The notes beneath the pieces are model-generated. The model was not told where the DNA came from and did not search any database. It saw only the letters and a list, made by a program, of their open reading frames with translations. Made by a program: the position numbers and the translations under genes. 58,349 nt of DNA, taken from positions 1 through 58,349 of the forward strand of contig JALAGF010004448.1 of the NCBI GenBank assembly GCA_030167865.1. Reading direction: 5' to 3'. The DNA comes from Craspedostauros australis. Lineage: Eukaryota. Below are positions 19,912-32,318 of the stretch, piece after piece; position 1 is the first letter of the stretch; each line of letters begins with the position of its first letter.

Positions 19912-22900
19912 ATGATGGGTGACAATTCCAAGCCCCAGCAAGACCAGCAGCGACAGCCATCGACAGACGATGACATCGAGTTGACGGATATATTGGATCA
20001 AGGATCCGATTCCGCGGTCGATGAACTCAGTGCGGCGCGCAACATCACCAAGCAGGATACGCTCAACGTGCGGTTGTGGCGCTGCGTCGTCACTCTCGCC
20101 TTGCTTGTGACGGCCGTTGCGGTCACCTGGACGACGTTTACGGTAAGCAACGGGCTGTTGCTTCTTTCTTCACATCAGAGGACTTTCGCATCTGTTCTAG
20201 TGCCTCAGAAGGTCTTCATTTGCGTCTCCCCTGTCTCGAAGTTCCAATCGAATTGATGCGCATCTTCTCACCACCCCCTGCCATCTCTCGCTCTTGTTCC
20301 AACTTTCTTCGCGCCTCGCCTTCAGTTCCTTCGGAATGATCAATACGACAACTTCGAGACTGCGGTGAGTGCACCCCCTCCATTTCATTGCATTACATTG
20401 CATAATGTGTCACTTCTAAATATGATACATGTCCATCATCTCTTGACGCTGGGCATCTGTACACTGATATGCCGCACACTGCATGTCGACATCCTTGAAC
20501 AGCTCCTGGTCAACTATGATGTCCACTCAACTCACTCCTCCAGTCCCTGATCGTATGCTTTTCCACGCCAACTCACATCACAACTCATCACAATCCACCC
20601 TCCTCCGACCTACGACTACATCCACGCGCACATTCAAATCAACACCGTGAACAAAACCAGTTCGACCAATTTTCACGAACTGTCGGCGATGCCGCGGTGG
20701 AGCAACAGAAGCACGTGCTCATCGGGGTCCAAGGTCTGGCCGACGCCGTGTCGGCGCATGCGCAAAGCATCAACGCAAGTTGGCCAAACGTCACGGTGCC
20801 ATTCTACAGGAAGCATGCCGACACCTTCCTGCGACAATCCAAGATGGAGGTTGTCACCATCCTGCACCGCGTGGAGCGCGACCAGAAGGAAGGGTGGAGA
20901 GACTACGGGATGATGCATCACGAGCGCCTGTTGGAGGAATCGCACATGCTGGAGAATGGCAATCTCGATGACCTCACCAAGAAGAACTACAATCCCAACA
21001 TCGCCAGGTCTTCGCCGAACGGCTTCATCGAAGACATCGACCGGGACGTCTACTATGCATCTTGGGAGTACGCTCCCGCGCCATTCACATACAGCTCGCT
21101 CAACTGGAACGTGCTGTCTGTCCCCGACTACGCGGCCGTTTCCAATGCCGTGTTCCAGCTGAAGGATCAACTGCTCTTCTCCAAGGTGCGCAAGTACACT
21201 GCCGTTGTATTTGGCGAAGCAGAGCACGAAGCCATGCACTCCAAGTTGAGAGATTCGAGTACGCAGCATCCGCACGCCTTCTTCTTCTTCCCCGTGCACG
21301 AGATCGTAGGCGACATCAACTCCAAAATTGTCGCATTGGTGGGCGGCGGCGGCAGCTGGGATGCCGCGCTCATCGATCTGCTCCCGCAGAACGTACGGGG
21401 CATCACCGCTGTCATCATGAATACATGCGATCAAGCGTACACATACGAAATCGATGGAGGCGATGCAATCTTCCAAGGCAAAGGTACGTCTGCCCATCTT
21501 TGTGCGCTCGTCTCTGCCCATCTTTGTGCGTTGATTACCACACGCGTGCATACGCACGAGCTATTACACACAGGCAGTATGGCATACTCTACCACACTCT
21601 CACACCAATCCCATTGTTCTTGACCGTGCGTTCCTGTCACAACCCTACTCCTACCACCCTCCCTCCAACTATATTTTACTCGTACTGCACTCATTGCCAG
21701 GAGATCTCCACGAGCGCGAGTACGACAAGTACGAACGAGTTGTCAACCTCTCGCTCGGAGAACATCCAGAGAAGAGCACAACTCCGGGGCATTGCCAATA
21801 CTCCATGCATATCTACCCATCCCGGAAGTTTGAAGAGCCGTACGACACCTTCACGCCGGAGTCGTTTGCGATCATCGTGTTCTCAACCTTCGTCGTGGTC
21901 GCCATCGTCTTCTTCGTCTATGATAGGTTCGTGTACCGCCGGAATGAAAAGTTGGTGGAGAACGCTGCCAGATCCAACGTCCTCGTCTCGTCCCTCTTCC
22001 CCAGCATCGTCCGAGATCGGCTCATCTTCAACAGCAATGGCGCCGGTGACGCGACCGCCAACCAGCGCATCTCCAGCCTCAAGAACTTCCTGGCAGGAGG
22101 CCACAGGCACGATCCAAGAGTCCATCGTCGCAAGCCGCTCGCTGACCTGTTCCTCGACACGACCATCCTGTTTGCGGATATCACAGGCTTCACCGCATGG
22201 AGCTCGGTGCGGGAACCAACGCAGGTCTTCACCCTCCTCGAATCCGTCTTCTCATCATTCGACCAGGTCGCAAAAGTGCGCAGAGTGTTCAAGGTGGAGA
22301 CGGTTGGAGACTGCTACGTCGCGGCCACGGGCATACCTCATCAGCGAACGGATCATGCGGTTGTAATGGTTCGGTTCGCCAGAGACATACTGACGAAGAT
22401 GGCCATCACGACGAATGAACTCGAAGTGACGCACGGCCCAGACACCAGTGACCTGTCCCTTCGCATCGGCATACACTCCGGGCCTGTCACCGCCGGCGTC
22501 CTCCGCGGTGAACGCGCACGCTTTCAGCTCTTTGGTGACACCATGAACACGGCGTCTCGGATGGAATCCACCGGGGAAATTGGTCGTATCCATGCATCGA
22601 TCGAGACGGCCGAATCGCTGCGCTCGTGCGGCAAGGCGCACTGGGTGATCAAGCGAGAGGGGACCGTAAAGGCCAAAGGCAAAGGCTCTATGCAAACGTG
22701 AGTGTTCAATCAATTGTCACAAGACGAATGCTCCACTGTTTGCGCAAAAACGGTTTTGTGCAATGCAAAGGTGACAGTGACGGCCGCCGCTACTCTGCAC
22801 ATGTTCGCTCTGCTTGCTTTGATCGTTTGGCTTGGTTCGGTTCCACCTCAAAGTTCTCCTTGCCGCTGCCGTTGCTAACACACAAATGGATGATCTGCAT

Positions 22901-24474
22901 TCGATATCTCTGTGCTCTTCGGAACTGAATTCATGCCCAAACGCAAAACGCAATGCAAACGCAACTTAATCCAATATGCGTCACGCCACAGATACTGGAT
23001 TGACCCAACCGCAGGCTCCGCGGACACGGCTTCTGTCAGCAGCGGAAGCAATATCCTCATGCCGACACCGTCAGTCAGAACCAACCCCGAATCGGGCAAT
23101 AGCGATGGTCCTACAGGTGAAAATACGCACGATGGCGCCGAAACGAAGGCGCTGCGTCTCGTCGACTGGAATGTTGGCATGATGCTGCAGATCATTCGGC
23201 AAATCATCGCGCGGAGGAATGCGATCAGCGCCGCGAATCCACGCAGCTCCAGCATAACTCCCCAGGTGCCATTTCAAAGTGATCCCACCTCCGACAGCCC
23301 CGACGCTACTGACCCATATATGATGACGAGCCCGTTGGATGAAGTGCGGGAAATCATCCACCTTCCCGAGTTCAACTTTGACACTGCACAGCAACAGCTC
23401 GATTCCGAGAAAGTTATCGTTCCTGAAGCCGTCGTGTCGCAGCTGCGGGAGTTGATCACGGCGATCGCATCCTTGTACAACGGCAACGCATTCCACAACT
23501 TTGAGCATGCATCTCACGTCACCATGTCCGTCATCAAGCTCCTGGCCCGTATCGTCGCACCTTCGGACTTCGATGAGATGGTGCGGCGACAAGATGCTGT
23601 CTCGGAAGTCACAGCCGAGACAGCATCAGCAACGATGACGACACCTGCGTCGACGGCAAAGCCAACACTCCGTCAAACTGCCGAAACTGCCAAACATCGC
23701 GACGTTGCCGCGACATTGCATGACCATACCTATGGCATTACGTCGGACCCCTTGACGCAGCTGGCCTGCGCATTTTCTGCCTTGATTCACGACGTGGATC
23801 ACTCGGGCGTTCCTAACGCACAGCTTGTGAATGAAGATGCCCGCATCGCAAACATCTACGGCGGGAGATCTGTCGCGGAGCAGAACTCCGTCGCGCTGGC
23901 GTGGCAGCTGTTCATGTTTGATTCATTCCGGGATCTCCGCAACGCTATTTGTCCTACCGACAAGGAACTTCGTCGGTTCCGCCAGCTGGTTGTGAACGGC
24001 GTTATGGCAACCGACATCGTCGATCGAGATTTGAAGAACCTGCGCAACCAACGCTGGGACAAGGCCTTCAACAATGGCCAGGAAGAACGGACCCGCGACG
24101 CGGTCAACCGCAAGGCGACCATCGTGATCGAACACTTGATCCAGGCATCCGACGTGTCGCATACGATGCAGCATTGGCATGTGTACCGCAAGTGGAATGA
24201 AAGGTTCTTCCGAGAGTGCTTCGCGGCCTACAAGAACGGACGCGCAGAGCAGAATCCTGCCCACAGCTGGTACGAGGGCGAGATGGGATTCTTCGACTTC
24301 TACATCATCCCTTTGGCGAAGAAGCTGAAGGACTGCGGTGTGTTTGGCAAGTCGAGCGACGAGTACCTGAACTACGCACAAGCGAATCGCAAGGAATGGG
24401 AAGAACGGGGAGAGCAGATTGTGGCAGAAATGATGGAGTCGGTGGACAGAGAGGGAGGGGGAGAGATAGTATGA
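19912..24474 (+). CDS. Membrane-bound class III adenylate/guanylate cyclase fused to a cyclic-nucleotide phosphodiesterase, about 1190 aa; exons 19912-20142, 20326-20364, 20661-21483, 21701-22697, 22992-24474
   Basis: Four GT-AG introns give one open frame of 3573 nt. Two TM segments flank an extracellular domain. Cyclase motifs TILFADITGFT, FKVETVGDCYV, RIGIHSGPV, LFGDTMNTASRMES; PDE motifs FHNFEHASHV, HDVDHSGVPN, VMATDI, IQASDV. Confidence 0.95.
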
Positions 24475-24722
24475 TTCGGGGAAATCGGAAGTACTCTAGC
24501 ACACGTATCTCTAGCATTGCTTTGCCTCGCTTTTGGACGGCATGGTACGATGTGGTGTGCCATGCCATGGTGCGGAGTATTGATCATTTCATGCAAGGCA
24601 AGGTTGAGTGGCGATATGCTTTGAACTGGTCGCTTGTATTCTATAATATTCTATGACTATACAATTTAATTGGCTTTCCTACTGTCACAAGTATGTACTA
24701 TACATGTATGCGATAGACGCAT

Positions 24723-25604
24723 TCAGACAATCTGCGCGGTGGTCTGTGGGTAGTCCTCGATTGGTGCAGTTGGATGTGGATGATGATATTTGGGTTGGAA
24801 TCGACCACCCTCGTAGGTATCGTTGTCGTTTATGAGGATGGCGGTAGCCATGGGGATGTCATAGCCACGAGCAGGAGGCGCTGATGGGGTCGCCAAGGCC
24901 GACACAGCATTTCCATGCGTCGGATGGGTGCCATCATGTCCCATCAACACGAAGTCGGTGTTTCTGTCATCCTGTCTTTCGCTGCGTTGAAATGTATGGT
25001 CGGCATATGATGGCCGATTGGTGGGCAAGTGCATGGCACCACCCAGCATGGCACAAACGATGAATGTCAACAATATCCCGACGACGGCGAACATTTGTTG
25101 TGCGAATGTGAAGTCGTCGTCATCACCTTCGTCGTCCCTGTACCTGTTGTCGTTGTTGCTGTTGTACCCGCCTGCCTGTTTCGCATCCTCGTTCGCGTCA
25201 ACGCAGTCTACTTCGTCGTAACCATTCTCAGCTTGATCCTCATCTAATTCGTCGCAAAGCGTTCCCGACGATGATCCATCATTGTAGTAGCCTCCTCCAT
25301 TGTGATTGTAGTTGTTGTTGTCGTAGTTGTTGTAGTAGTTTTGATTGTAGCTGCTGGTGTGACTGTTGTATCCGTTGTATCCATTGTATCCGTTATATCC
25401 GTTCTTATTCCGATTGTACGAGGATGATGTCGTCGACCCACCTCCTCTATTTGTATTCCATGTTGACGATGAATGGTACCTGCCGGTCGAACTGCTTCGG
25501 CCGCCGCTGCTGCGAGCATCGCACAGTTCACCGAGTTGGCTGCAGAGGATGATTTGAAACAGCACCAGCTGCACAAGGTTTGACCATCCTGTCCGTCTAA
25601 CCAT
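24723..25604 (-). CDS. Type I membrane protein, about 293 aa, with a Gly/Tyr/Asn-rich ectodomain and PSAP/PTAP motifs in the tail
   Basis: ATG at 25604 (the listed start is TTG). Signal-like LVQLVLFQIILC, (GYN)4 and N/Y runs, TM MFAVVGILLTFIVCAMLGGAM, tail ...PSAPP...PTAP... Confidence 0.75.
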   Translation of the reverse strand: MVRRTGWSNLVQLVLFQIILCSQLGELCDARSSGGRSSSTGRYHSSSTWNTNRGGGSTTSSSYNRNKNGYNGYNGYNGYNSHTSSYNQNYYNNYDNNNYNHNGGGYYNDGSSSGTLCDELDEDQAENGYDEVDCVDANEDAKQAGGYNSNNDNRYRDDEGDDDDFTFAQQMFAVVGILLTFIVCAMLGGAMHLPTNRPSYADHTFQRSERQDDRNTDFVLMGHDGTHPTHGNAVSALATPSAPPARGYDIPMATAILINDNDTYEGGRFQPKYHHPHPTAPIEDYPQTTAQIV

Positions 25605-26794
25605 GGCCTTGCGCGCAGAGTATCGTACCAATACTCTGAAGGAATAGATGCCGTCGCAATGAATCAGACTCCACTATCCGAAGACAAAGATGCGACTTAA
25701 TGAATGAATGAACGAATGAATGGGTGGATGATTGGAGCTGCTCGTAATCCGTTGCTCGTTTCTGAATTTGTGGGAGAGTATCCAATTCTGGACGCAATGC
25801 GCAATGAGCGATGTACAATGGATGAAGGAGGTGGAAGGGTGATGACACAGAGAAAGAGGAAGACAATGGATGCCGTCGACGGTGGTGGCGCGAGGGTGAT
25901 GTGAGTTTCTGAGAATCGCGCCATTGCTGTGCACGTTGGCGCGTTGTTTTCTGTCGGCATACCTTTTCACGAGTCAACTTGAGACGTGCTGGGGATTATC
26001 GCCGATTTTTCACGACCTTCTCCAAGTCGTGCATCAACCAAGAGTCCGTGGAAGGACTGCCCGCGTGTCACAATCAATCAAACAGACAACATTGCATAAT
26101 ACAGTAATGTTTGCGCGGCCGCACTTGAGCAAGGAGCCAGCGAAAGACGGAAGACCACATGAACTTATTCCATCTCGAGTCTCGTCTCCGAAGAGGTGGA
26201 GAAGCCATGAAGTTTATGACGATGTTGTTGTGTTTGACTTGGAGATGTCTGTATGCGCTCCTCTCTGTGGTAATCCACCATCTGTCCAAAGTCGTCTGTC
26301 TGTTTGGGGAAGCCAGTGAATTGACTGTCTGTTTATCCTCGTGTTCTCTTCGGAAATTAGCGTTAAGTGACCGTTAACACATGTGGAAGGGAAGTAATTG
26401 ATGATTTTCATGATTTACCGCAGCTCCATTGGTGTACTTGTTTCGAGGACAGCCTCTCTCTCCAGAACCACCATGTCGACGACGGTTCGGATGCGTGAGC
26501 TCCATGCATGCTCGTATGCAGAGTACAACCTTGTGTGCATTTCCCTTGTCCTGTGTCTGTGCACTGCATAGAGCAAATGGATCCATTGATCTATTCCACA
26601 TGCATGCATTGCGAATGCAACGTTGGTTGTTGACTGCGATGATATGGAAGTCAAACGATTCTTGGACGTGTACAACTGCGCATGGATGGCGTCATCACGC
26701 GTCATCCATCAGCTGGTTTCTTTCACGATATCGAAAGATGCACTTGTCTCTGCTACGTACGTACGTAAGTACGCGAGTACACGCATGTGTGAAT

Positions 26795-27634
26795 TTACAA
26801 AGCCGCCCTCCACGCATCGAAGGTGCCTTCTCCCATCTGGTACAACAAACCGAGCAGGACGATCTGCATGGCGGCGCGGATGAAGTGCCCCGTAACCGGG
26901 ATTTCGGGCCCGTCCGTGGGCAACCGCGCGCCGTGCGTGTACATGTAGATGTTGGCCGGCGTGACGGCGATGGTGAGAAGGAAGAGGCATGCCGCGCTGT
27001 CGCTCATGAGACCGGCCGTCGACAGGAGGTTGGGGCTGTCAAAGTAGACTGGAAAGAAGGCATCGATGATGCCGCCCGCCAGCAATCCGGCGCCGCCCAG
27101 AATTTCGGCGACGCCCGTCCATGCGACGTGGAACTTGGCGGAGCCTGGCAGGTACCAGATGCCCCAGGCTCCCTTCTGCGGCATGATGTTCTCGTAGGCT
27201 TCGCCGAGGGTGAAGTGCGTGATGCCGGCCGCGAGGTAGACGGCGCCCAGCAAGGGCCACGTGGTACGCCAGGCCTCCACCCATTCGTACGAGGCAGTGA
27301 CGTCCGTGAGGAAACCGGAGAAGACGGCGGTTCCGGCTGCCAGGGTTCCAAAGTAGGACACGAAGGCCTTGGCCTGGAAGGGCTTGGCGAGGGTGTTGAC
27401 GCGGCTTGGGGATGGCAGATTGCACCCTTCCTCTCCGACGCCCTGGATGGCCGCTGGGACCTCGGGTTCCGGATCCTTTGGTCGGAATCGATCGAGGAAG
27501 GACTGGGCCTGGAGCTGCGTGGCGCTGACTCCTTGCTGCTGCTGTGGTAGGAATCCTGCCACCGTGGTTGCCTGCATGGATGCAATCAAGGCAACCGCCG
27601 CCATGAAGGCGAGCGTTGTCTTTGTGCACTTCAT
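26795..27634 (-). CDS. Plastid-targeted DoxX-like membrane protein, about 279 aa
   Basis: ATG at 27634. Signal peptide ending VAG-FLP (ASA-FAP-like bipartite presequence). Motifs AGITHF, IMP..GAWGIWYLPGS..FHVAWTGVAE, VTPANIYMYTHGA, HFIR...Q match conserved algal/plant DoxX-like plastid proteins. Confidence 0.85.
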   Translation of the reverse strand: MKCTKTTLAFMAAVALIASMQATTVAGFLPQQQQGVSATQLQAQSFLDRFRPKDPEPEVPAAIQGVGEEGCNLPSPSRVNTLAKPFQAKAFVSYFGTLAAGTAVFSGFLTDVTASYEWVEAWRTTWPLLGAVYLAAGITHFTLGEAYENIMPQKGAWGIWYLPGSAKFHVAWTGVAEILGGAGLLAGGIIDAFFPVYFDSPNLLSTAGLMSDSAACLFLLTIAVTPANIYMYTHGARLPTDGPEIPVTGHFIRAAMQIVLLGLLYQMGEGTFDAWRAAL

Positions 27635-28814
27635 TCTGTATCTGCTGGAGTATTCCGTGTGCTGTTGCTTGTGCAAGTTTGTGACGATGATGATTCTTCG
27701 GCCTTTGATTCAAGCCGTGAGTGGAGTATGTACTCTATGAGATTGTGAGTCTTCATCGTAAAGGACTGTGCGCATCCTCGCATTCCAACAACCATCGTCA
27801 CAGCCTCCCTTGTCGATGTTGACGTTGTTGCCATTGTTGTTGTGCACAGCACCGCTGCGGATTGTTTGGCTTCGTTTTGTGACCTGTTGCGGTCGTTGTC
27901 GTCACAACCAGCTCAGAAACGTCATCTTCCACAGAATTCCAACCCACATGGTACTCTCTAAGACCCAATTTAATCACGACTAAACAACGGCTAAACGAGA
28001 ACCAATTCCGCGGCGAAGCTTGTCACATTTTGCGACAGACGGCGAAGCAGATGGAGAAACGGGGTGACAGACAGACGCGAACACACTGGACGAACCAAAC
28101 ACGAAAGAGTCGCAAGGAACAGAACAGAGACGCAGCGTCAAATGACACCTTTGGGTGCTTCCCGAAGGGCGGTTGTCCACCATTTGTGGATCGTGATGCT
28201 CTGCCTTCGCTGTGAGTACGGCACAGGTGGTCGTGAGTTGGCTGGTTGGTTGTTCGTATCGTTGGTTGGTGAGTGGGCGAGGTTGGGAACGATCGGTCAC
28301 CTCGAAAGTACAATCAACGAACATCACAGAGAGAGACAGCATTCACCACCAACATCCCGATTCAATTCCTTCCGTTCTGTTTGAACACGCGTGACGCAGG
28401 CAGCATTGCATCGCAACTTGCCTCCCACCATTCAATCAGGATAAGAGTATAATACAATACTCTATCATAATCAATACTCGACTCTCTAGAAATAAAGGAA
28501 GACGAAGCCCATGTTGCATGGCATCCCAATACGCTGATCTGTCAGAGCAATCCGCAGATCGTATTCTACTATTCTATTCTACCATTCATACTGTCCCTGC
28601 GACCACAGTTGTCATCCAATCGCGGTGGAGACTGTCGAAGGAGAAAGCAACAGCAATCAATCAACCAACCCATCAAGTCATCAATCGATCAAGCCGTCTA
28701 CGACTAGTCATCTAGTCATTGCAGCACCAATCAAAGGCATTCAGGCATCAGAGACGTCAACCAAAGCACAGCGAAAACAGATTGAAAACAAATTGAAGCA
28801 AGTGGAGGAACAGG

Positions 28815-31055
28815 ATGTCTCAGGATGAAGGTTCGACGTGCTCTTCCTCGGCCTTCTGGCAGGAACCCATCGTCGTGGGATACGCGTTCGGACCCAAGAA
28901 GATGAGCACCATGGGGACGGTCATGGCAGAAGCCTCCAAGACGGAAGTGCTGTGGGAGCTGGAGCATGAAGACAGCGAAGGAAGCGATGATACGGAGCAT
29001 GATCATTGTGATGATCATTGTGATGAACCATGTGATGATGTCTATCATGAACGTTGCGATCGGAACCCGATGCATCAATCTCTGATGGCTTCGGTGGGTT
29101 CTCTGTCTCATGCGGCAAATGGTGTTGCCATCACAGGCTCTGGTGGAGAACAGGGTAATCCTGCTATTCAAGATGATGGATGCGATCGAGTCCATCCACA
29201 GGCCCAAAGCATGACAGGTGTGAGCACAAGTGACTTCACATTGCACTCCACCAATGACAAAGACGACACAGAAGTCCAGCAACATCAACATCACCAACAA
29301 ACGCATCAACAACAACAACAACAACAACTCACATCGGATGCACTGGCAATGATGGAACCTCCGACGAGTCAAACAGTCATCTTCAGCATCGGCAGGTACG
29401 ATCCCGCAGATGATGGCACCACCGTCAACAACAACAATAACAGCAACTACAATCACAACAACATGACAACTTCACCGCCTTCTCCAACTGCCAACCCAAA
29501 CGGTATTTCAGGGAGCACAGTCACCGGTCGGGGTGCAGCAGCTGCGGGCACCGGGTTCGTCACCACCAACCTAAGGCACATCGTTCGTTACTTCCAGTCA
29601 TCATGTTCCTCGGCGGGTGGTTCCGTCGCTGCGGAAGATGAACTCTCTGCCACACCCACCGTTACATCGGCCACCACAGGCACCTCGTGGACGACGACAG
29701 CCGCCTTTCACAAAAGAGACTGCGACAATGCCACCATTGCATCGGGTGCGACCAATCGACGGCTCCTGGCGCCAATCCGCCTCAAATTCGTTCCCCTCAA
29801 CCCAAACCTCCCACTGCATGAACAGGGAGACTTCGATCTCATCCTCCACAAGCTCACTGAGGACATCCTCTCCTGCAGTCTGCAACAGCAGCAGAACAAG
29901 CTCAGGCTCAAGAGGGGCATGGACATCATCCACGCGACCGCGCCTCAATCTTCAAACTCCCACGACGACTCTCACCAACGCGTGCAGCGGCTGTTGGAGT
30001 ACAAGGCAAGCCACCCGGAGTGCTGCCTCATGGATGACCCGCTCTGCGTGCAGACCCTCATGTCGCGATCGGATATTGCGCATGTCCTGCAATCGTGTCT
30101 CCATGGTGTGCGCTCGGCCTCGGGACGATCGGTGCGCACTCCGCGGTACCTTGTCGTCGAGGAGGATGACTTTGACGACATTGACATACAACGCGCAAGT
30201 GACAATACGAATGATGATCACTGCACACATGCGCATGTACATGCAGACCCATGGCAACCAGCAAGTCAGACCCAACGATCCAGAGCGTCGAGATTGCAGC
30301 AAAAGCTCGATGCCGCCGACATCCAATACCCGTTAATTCTCAAGCCCCTCATCGCTGCGGGGACCAAGCAATCGCATTACATGTCCGTGCTGTTGGGGCG
30401 TTCGGCCCTTGACGCATTCGATCGTGAGATGGGAAGTGACGACCATGTTCATACTTGCAATCCCTCCAAGGTGAACAGCGCAGCAACACATCCAACAGCA
30501 GCACGAGACGAATGCAATTCCAAGCAGCAGCCACCATGTCAGTCAAGAGCAAGCAACAACAACAACAGTAGCACTGCGAATCGCAGCTACTTATTTCAGG
30601 AGTACGTCAACCACAATGCCACCCTCTACAAGGTCTACGTCCTGGGCGACACGGTGCATGTGTACCGGCGGCATTCCCTACCCGATCTGCCGCCTCTGTC
30701 GCAGCGATCGGATTCTACCAACTGGACCGTCAAGTTCGACTCGCAGCGTCCGTATCCCAAGTTGCAAGATTTCGGTTTCCAGCTTGCCACATCGCAGGCC
30801 GCATGCGACGCCGATCCCGTCACGCTCACGGCGACGGAAGTTGCACCCATCGTGGAGACCTTGCGCCAAGCATTCGGTCTCGAACTATTCGGCTTCGACA
30901 TCCTCCTCTCGTCGTCCAAGCAGCGCAACGAATTGCTTGTGGTCGACGTCAACTACTTCCCATCGTACAAGGAGGTTCCCAACTTTCCTTCCCTGCTGGC
31001 GCAGTATCTGACGCACAGAGTGCTGGAATCGCGGCGGGAGCGGGAGGAACGGTAG
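28815..31055 (+). CDS. ITPK1: Inositol-tetrakisphosphate 1-kinase (ATP-grasp), 746 aa, with long low-complexity insertions
   Basis: Motifs VVGYAFGPKK, FDLILHKLTED, YPLILKPLIAAGTKQSHYM, QEYVNHNATLYKVYVLGD, RHSLPDL, LELFGFDIL, VVDVNYFPSYK. Confidence 0.92.
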   Translation: MSQDEGSTCSSSAFWQEPIVVGYAFGPKKMSTMGTVMAEASKTEVLWELEHEDSEGSDDTEHDHCDDHCDEPCDDVYHERCDRNPMHQSLMASVGSLSHAANGVAITGSGGEQGNPAIQDDGCDRVHPQAQSMTGVSTSDFTLHSTNDKDDTEVQQHQHHQQTHQQQQQQQLTSDALAMMEPPTSQTVIFSIGRYDPADDGTTVNNNNNSNYNHNNMTTSPPSPTANPNGISGSTVTGRGAAAAGTGFVTTNLRHIVRYFQSSCSSAGGSVAAEDELSATPTVTSATTGTSWTTTAAFHKRDCDNATIASGATNRRLLAPIRLKFVPLNPNLPLHEQGDFDLILHKLTEDILSCSLQQQQNKLRLKRGMDIIHATAPQSSNSHDDSHQRVQRLLEYKASHPECCLMDDPLCVQTLMSRSDIAHVLQSCLHGVRSASGRSVRTPRYLVVEEDDFDDIDIQRASDNTNDDHCTHAHVHADPWQPASQTQRSRASRLQQKLDAADIQYPLILKPLIAAGTKQSHYMSVLLGRSALDAFDREMGSDDHVHTCNPSKVNSAATHPTAARDECNSKQQPPCQSRASNNNNSSTANRSYLFQEYVNHNATLYKVYVLGDTVHVYRRHSLPDLPPLSQRSDSTNWTVKFDSQRPYPKLQDFGFQLATSQAACDADPVTLTATEVAPIVETLRQAFGLELFGFDILLSSSKQRNELLVVDVNYFPSYKEVPNFPSLLAQYLTHRVLESRREREER

Positions 31056-32318
31056 CTCATGTAGAAGAATGGCAACGGGGGATGGCTGTGGATACAGTAC
31101 CACTACAAGTATCGTACTAGATCATTGAACATAAAGACATGCAATACACTGCAGTGCTGTAAACTTGATCACTAAAGCAAGCCACGAGTAGCTCGTATGG
31201 TGCGAGTATGACACAGTGAAGAGTGTTGAACGCGGGTACGAGGTAGACGAACGGTCCGGATCAGACCTATGACGACTTCCTATTATTATTCCACAATAAC
31301 AGGGGATGCAACGCACAAGGAGTGCATCGCAGCGATTTCGAAGGTGGCACATTTGAACTTGTTCTTCAAACGTCTTTAACGGCTGGATCTGTTGTTCTGA
31401 ATCGCTCCAACAAACAACATCCACACGATCGCTCTGTTGTGATGTGTCACCATGATCCTCATCTGCGATCCGCACAACACATGGCAGACAACAACGGAGA
31501 CAACTCGCTGGATCATCGCAACCAGAGTAATCGTCAGCGGAACCACGGCATAGTAGTACGGCTCCGACTACGAGCAAGTACAGAGAGGCCACTTCAGAGA
31601 GATAGTCTGCACTCTCGATACGAGTATGGCATACCGTGCCAGAGATGCCGATTCATCATCTACAACGAAGAGTGGGTCCTCCCGCTTCGATCCCACACGT
31701 CTGCTCCTTGCTCCTTACTCCCCACCGTGGCCATCAACAGAGTACCATACCTACCACGCTCCGCAGAGCCACACTGCACAATACTTATGATACACGATCG
31801 TGTGAATGCCATCGATGCTTGACGATGGAGAATCATGATGATGATTTTACTTGGGCAAGGTGCCGTGATGTCTCCGATACGACGGCCATCAATTCGTCAA
31901 TTCACCATCACATCTCCACATGATCGTGTGATTGTGTGATGGCACGATCGTGTGATCGTATCGCCACGGAGTATTGCACAGCAAGATGCAGGTGCAGATA
32001 CAGACGATCTGAGCACTCGTGCAGTGACTACCATGGGCTCCGGTATGGTTCCACGCTCAGCGCAGTGCCTTAGTATCGTGAGCTGTCGTCCTCTGCATGA
32101 TGGCCTCTCATCAATGCGGGCAAGTTGAGTGGCAAGTCGAGCACAATGATGATGCAGCGTGGAATTGATGCTGTCCATGGTTTCAGATTCTACAATTTGC
32201 TCATAAACCGCACATAATTCGCTCATGTACCCTTCATTCCCCCCCTTCCAAGCATCCGTCTCTTCCTCCATCCCTCACTTCCTCTCATTCTCGTTTCAGA
32301 ACCACATCATCTTCGACG

